DNA of 48,383 nucleotides from Perkinsus olseni (Eukaryota): NCBI GenBank assembly GCA_013115125.1, contig JABANN010000239.1, positions 1 to 48,383 of the forward strand, read 5' to 3'. Shown piece by piece: positions 45,901 to 48,383 of this stretch (position 1 is its first letter; each line of letters starts with the position of its first letter). The notes under the pieces were generated by a model. It saw only the letters and a program-made list of their open reading frames with translations, ran no database searches and was not told where the DNA came from. The position numbers and the translations under genes were made by a program.

Positions 45901-48045
45901 ACGTACCATATGACTACTTGGAAAATTTCAGTATGACCCTCAACTCACCAATTTCCTCGTTCGAGGCTTTTCGCGTATTAACTAGGACGGTTCCTCGGCC
46001 TTCCGCCTGTACTCTCGGTTTCCTTCGTTGTGTCCATAAAATACTGATAGAACCTATCGTGGTTCGACATTGTGATGGGGGATTTCGTCTGCTGACTCAC
46101 CTCGTGCCGTTCCTTCAGGCTCAAAGATATGACCGATACAGAATTTCACTCCAACGTCGACCAGGTCATCAGCGTCTTCCGGTGAGTGGCTCCGCCGTAT
46201 TTTCTCCTTCCATCACCCTACAGTTGTGTGGTTACAGGTATCTTATTGACAAGGATGTTTTTGAATCATATTATCGATCCAGCCTTTGTCGGCGTTTGCT
46301 CAACTCCAAGTAAGATCGTTGCCCCACCCCCCGGGGTTCATGAATTTTGTAGACCGTCGGCAGCGAACGTCGAGGAGGCAGAGAAGCTTGTGGTAGGCAA
46401 GCTCAGAGCTGAGGTGAGGTCATTCTAGACCGGCCGATGCGTGTTATCACTCTTGACTTAGTGTGGACAGCAGTACACGTCTAAGCTGGAGGGAATGCTA
46501 AAGGACGTCAGTCTGAGCCAGGTGGGCGGTAACAGGGACCACCCTCGTGCGGGCAGTCCTGCGCTCAGGATACTAGCCGCAGCTACTCTCAATCGACTTC
46601 CACGTCGCGCATGGACGGACCATCTCTGACTGATTGCGAGCTTGACGTGAAGGTGAGATGACTGTTGTGGTCTCTCTACGTTCATTGGTTTTGCGTACCA
46701 CTCTTTCAGGTCTGCACCTCCGGCTTCTGGCCGACCCACTCCCCTCCAAAATGTGAGGTACCAATTGAAATGAAGTGTTTGATGGATCGGTGAGATTCTA
46801 CCGAGCTGCGCGGCCTGCCGGGGTATCGCTGGTGGCAGGTTCGAAGCGTTCTATCTGTCCAAGCACAGCGGCCGAAAACTCACCTGGATGTTCAACTACG
46901 GCACCGGTAAGGCTCAGCGAGGTGCGGCTCAGGGCAGAGCTTAGTCTTACAGTTCTATGGCGAGAACCATTGTATCGATTCGAGCGGTTATCGTTGTGGT
47001 CCTCTGAGAATTTGAAGGAATTATTAATCATACTTGTGCTCAGCTGACGTTCGGAGTAGAGTGGGACGCAACCCTCATGTACTCACCGTCAGTACGTACC
47101 AGGCGATGATGCTGCTCCTTTTCAACTCATCTGATGCGCTGAGGTGGGTTCGCGGAAAGCCTGGATAGATAGATCAGGCGCCGCTGCAGTAAAGGCTCGA
47201 TCTTTTTCAGTTATGAGCGGATACGGTCTTCGCTGAATTGTGGTAGAGGAGATGATAGTAGCGTCGATGAGAAGTCTGAGCAGGGGGATGACGCCGAGAT
47301 CAAGCGGCATCTTATGAGCCTCTACGTGAATCCAAGAGTGCGGTAAGGCAAGAGCCTTCTGCAAGGCGTCTGATAGCTATCACGTGAACTCCCCATTCCT
47401 TAGGGTGCTGCTGCGGGAAAGTCCTCGGGAGTCGAAGGAGCCAGCCGCTGGTGACATCTTCCGCGTCAATACCCAGTTTGAGTCGCGTGTCCGCAACTTG
47501 AAGGTGCGTGACGCTCCAAGCTCATCTGGGGCTCATCGCATCGTGCGTCGCATTCCGCTGTACCTAGGTTCCACTAATAGCTCTCACCAGCAGTACTAAC
47601 AACAGAGGTAGGCGGCCGTCCATGATGTTCCCCGGTTGTTGTATCACCTCGAGTGCCAGATGGACCAGCGGGGTCTTCATCCAGTGGTGATGGTGGGAGC
47701 GCTATTCCCCAGGCGGTAGAGGAGGATCGGAAGCATATCGTGGAGGCCGTCTTGGTGAGCTTGGCGGACAACTCGGCCCATGGGCCATGGCGTCAGGATG
47801 GACGACTTGTCAAGGTACGCATCATGAAGAGCAGGAAGCAGATGGACCACAACTCGCTAGTTGTCGAGGCAACCAGGCAGCTGTCGCAACGGTGAGCGCC
47901 CACTTCTGCTACTAATAGCTCATGGCTGCTCTTCAGGTTCCAGCCGACTCCTCAGCTCATCAAGCAGCGCATCGAGCACTTGATAGAACGAGAGTTTCTC
48001 GAGCGCTGTCCTCATGATCATAAGACGTACAACTACTTGGCCTAG
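42902..48045 (+). CDS. CUL3: Cullin-3-like E3 ligase scaffold, >20 exons
   Basis: [113 protein letters not shown], neddylation motif VRIMKSRK and [20 protein letters not shown]. Confidence 0.95.
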
Positions 48046-48383
48046 TATTTCCCATTGATTTTGCAGACGGAACAGTTAAGCACCGATCGTCTGACTGTGG
48101 ATAGCTAGAATCACGGTAGCATATATAATAACTATAGTCAACACATTTTATCATTGCAGAAGGCCGGGACAGTGTTCATAGTCAATGGGCGATGGAGGTG
48201 CTCCGTCTTTGCCCGCCAGCGAGGCAGTGTCAATACACTTGAAGAGGGAGCTCGACTTGAATTCAGTGCGATTCCCCTCTCCGATAACGCTATACCATTC
48301 AGAAGCCTATTTGGCGGATAGGGTTGCCGTTGCCGTAGCCTATATGGGGGTCGAGGATGATATCATCACATTAGCGAGTTGTT

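Overview
Eukaryotic genomic DNA with many short (mostly ~45-70 nt) GT-AG introns. Intron architecture and protein content suggest an alveolate, most likely Perkinsus (inference). Most entries in the ORF track are exon fragments or antisense noise, so I built gene models by hand-splicing. 1-4.5 kb: transposon debris. 4.7-13.9 kb: a minus-strand gene block (chromodomain protein, mitochondrial-type hypothetical, DUF4602/C1orf131-like protein, another hypothetical, small membrane protein). 14.5-19.1 kb: three tandem, strongly diverged paralogues sharing an unrecognised ~65-aa basic helical domain split by an intron at the same position, each with a disordered tail (candidate lineage-specific transcription-factor or chromatin family; top finding). 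19.7-30 kb: poorly resolved region with an intron-containing tRNA-Tyr and decayed hAT-like and other TE-like coding remnants. 30.4-48 kb: plus-strand block of a putative secreted DPF/NPF-repeat protein with two novel Cys4 domains, a CCCH zinc-finger protein, NLE1/Rsa4, a mitochondrial-type SWIB protein (47-nt minisatellite in a GC-AG intron), N-myristoyltransferase, a short Tom22 and cullin-3.
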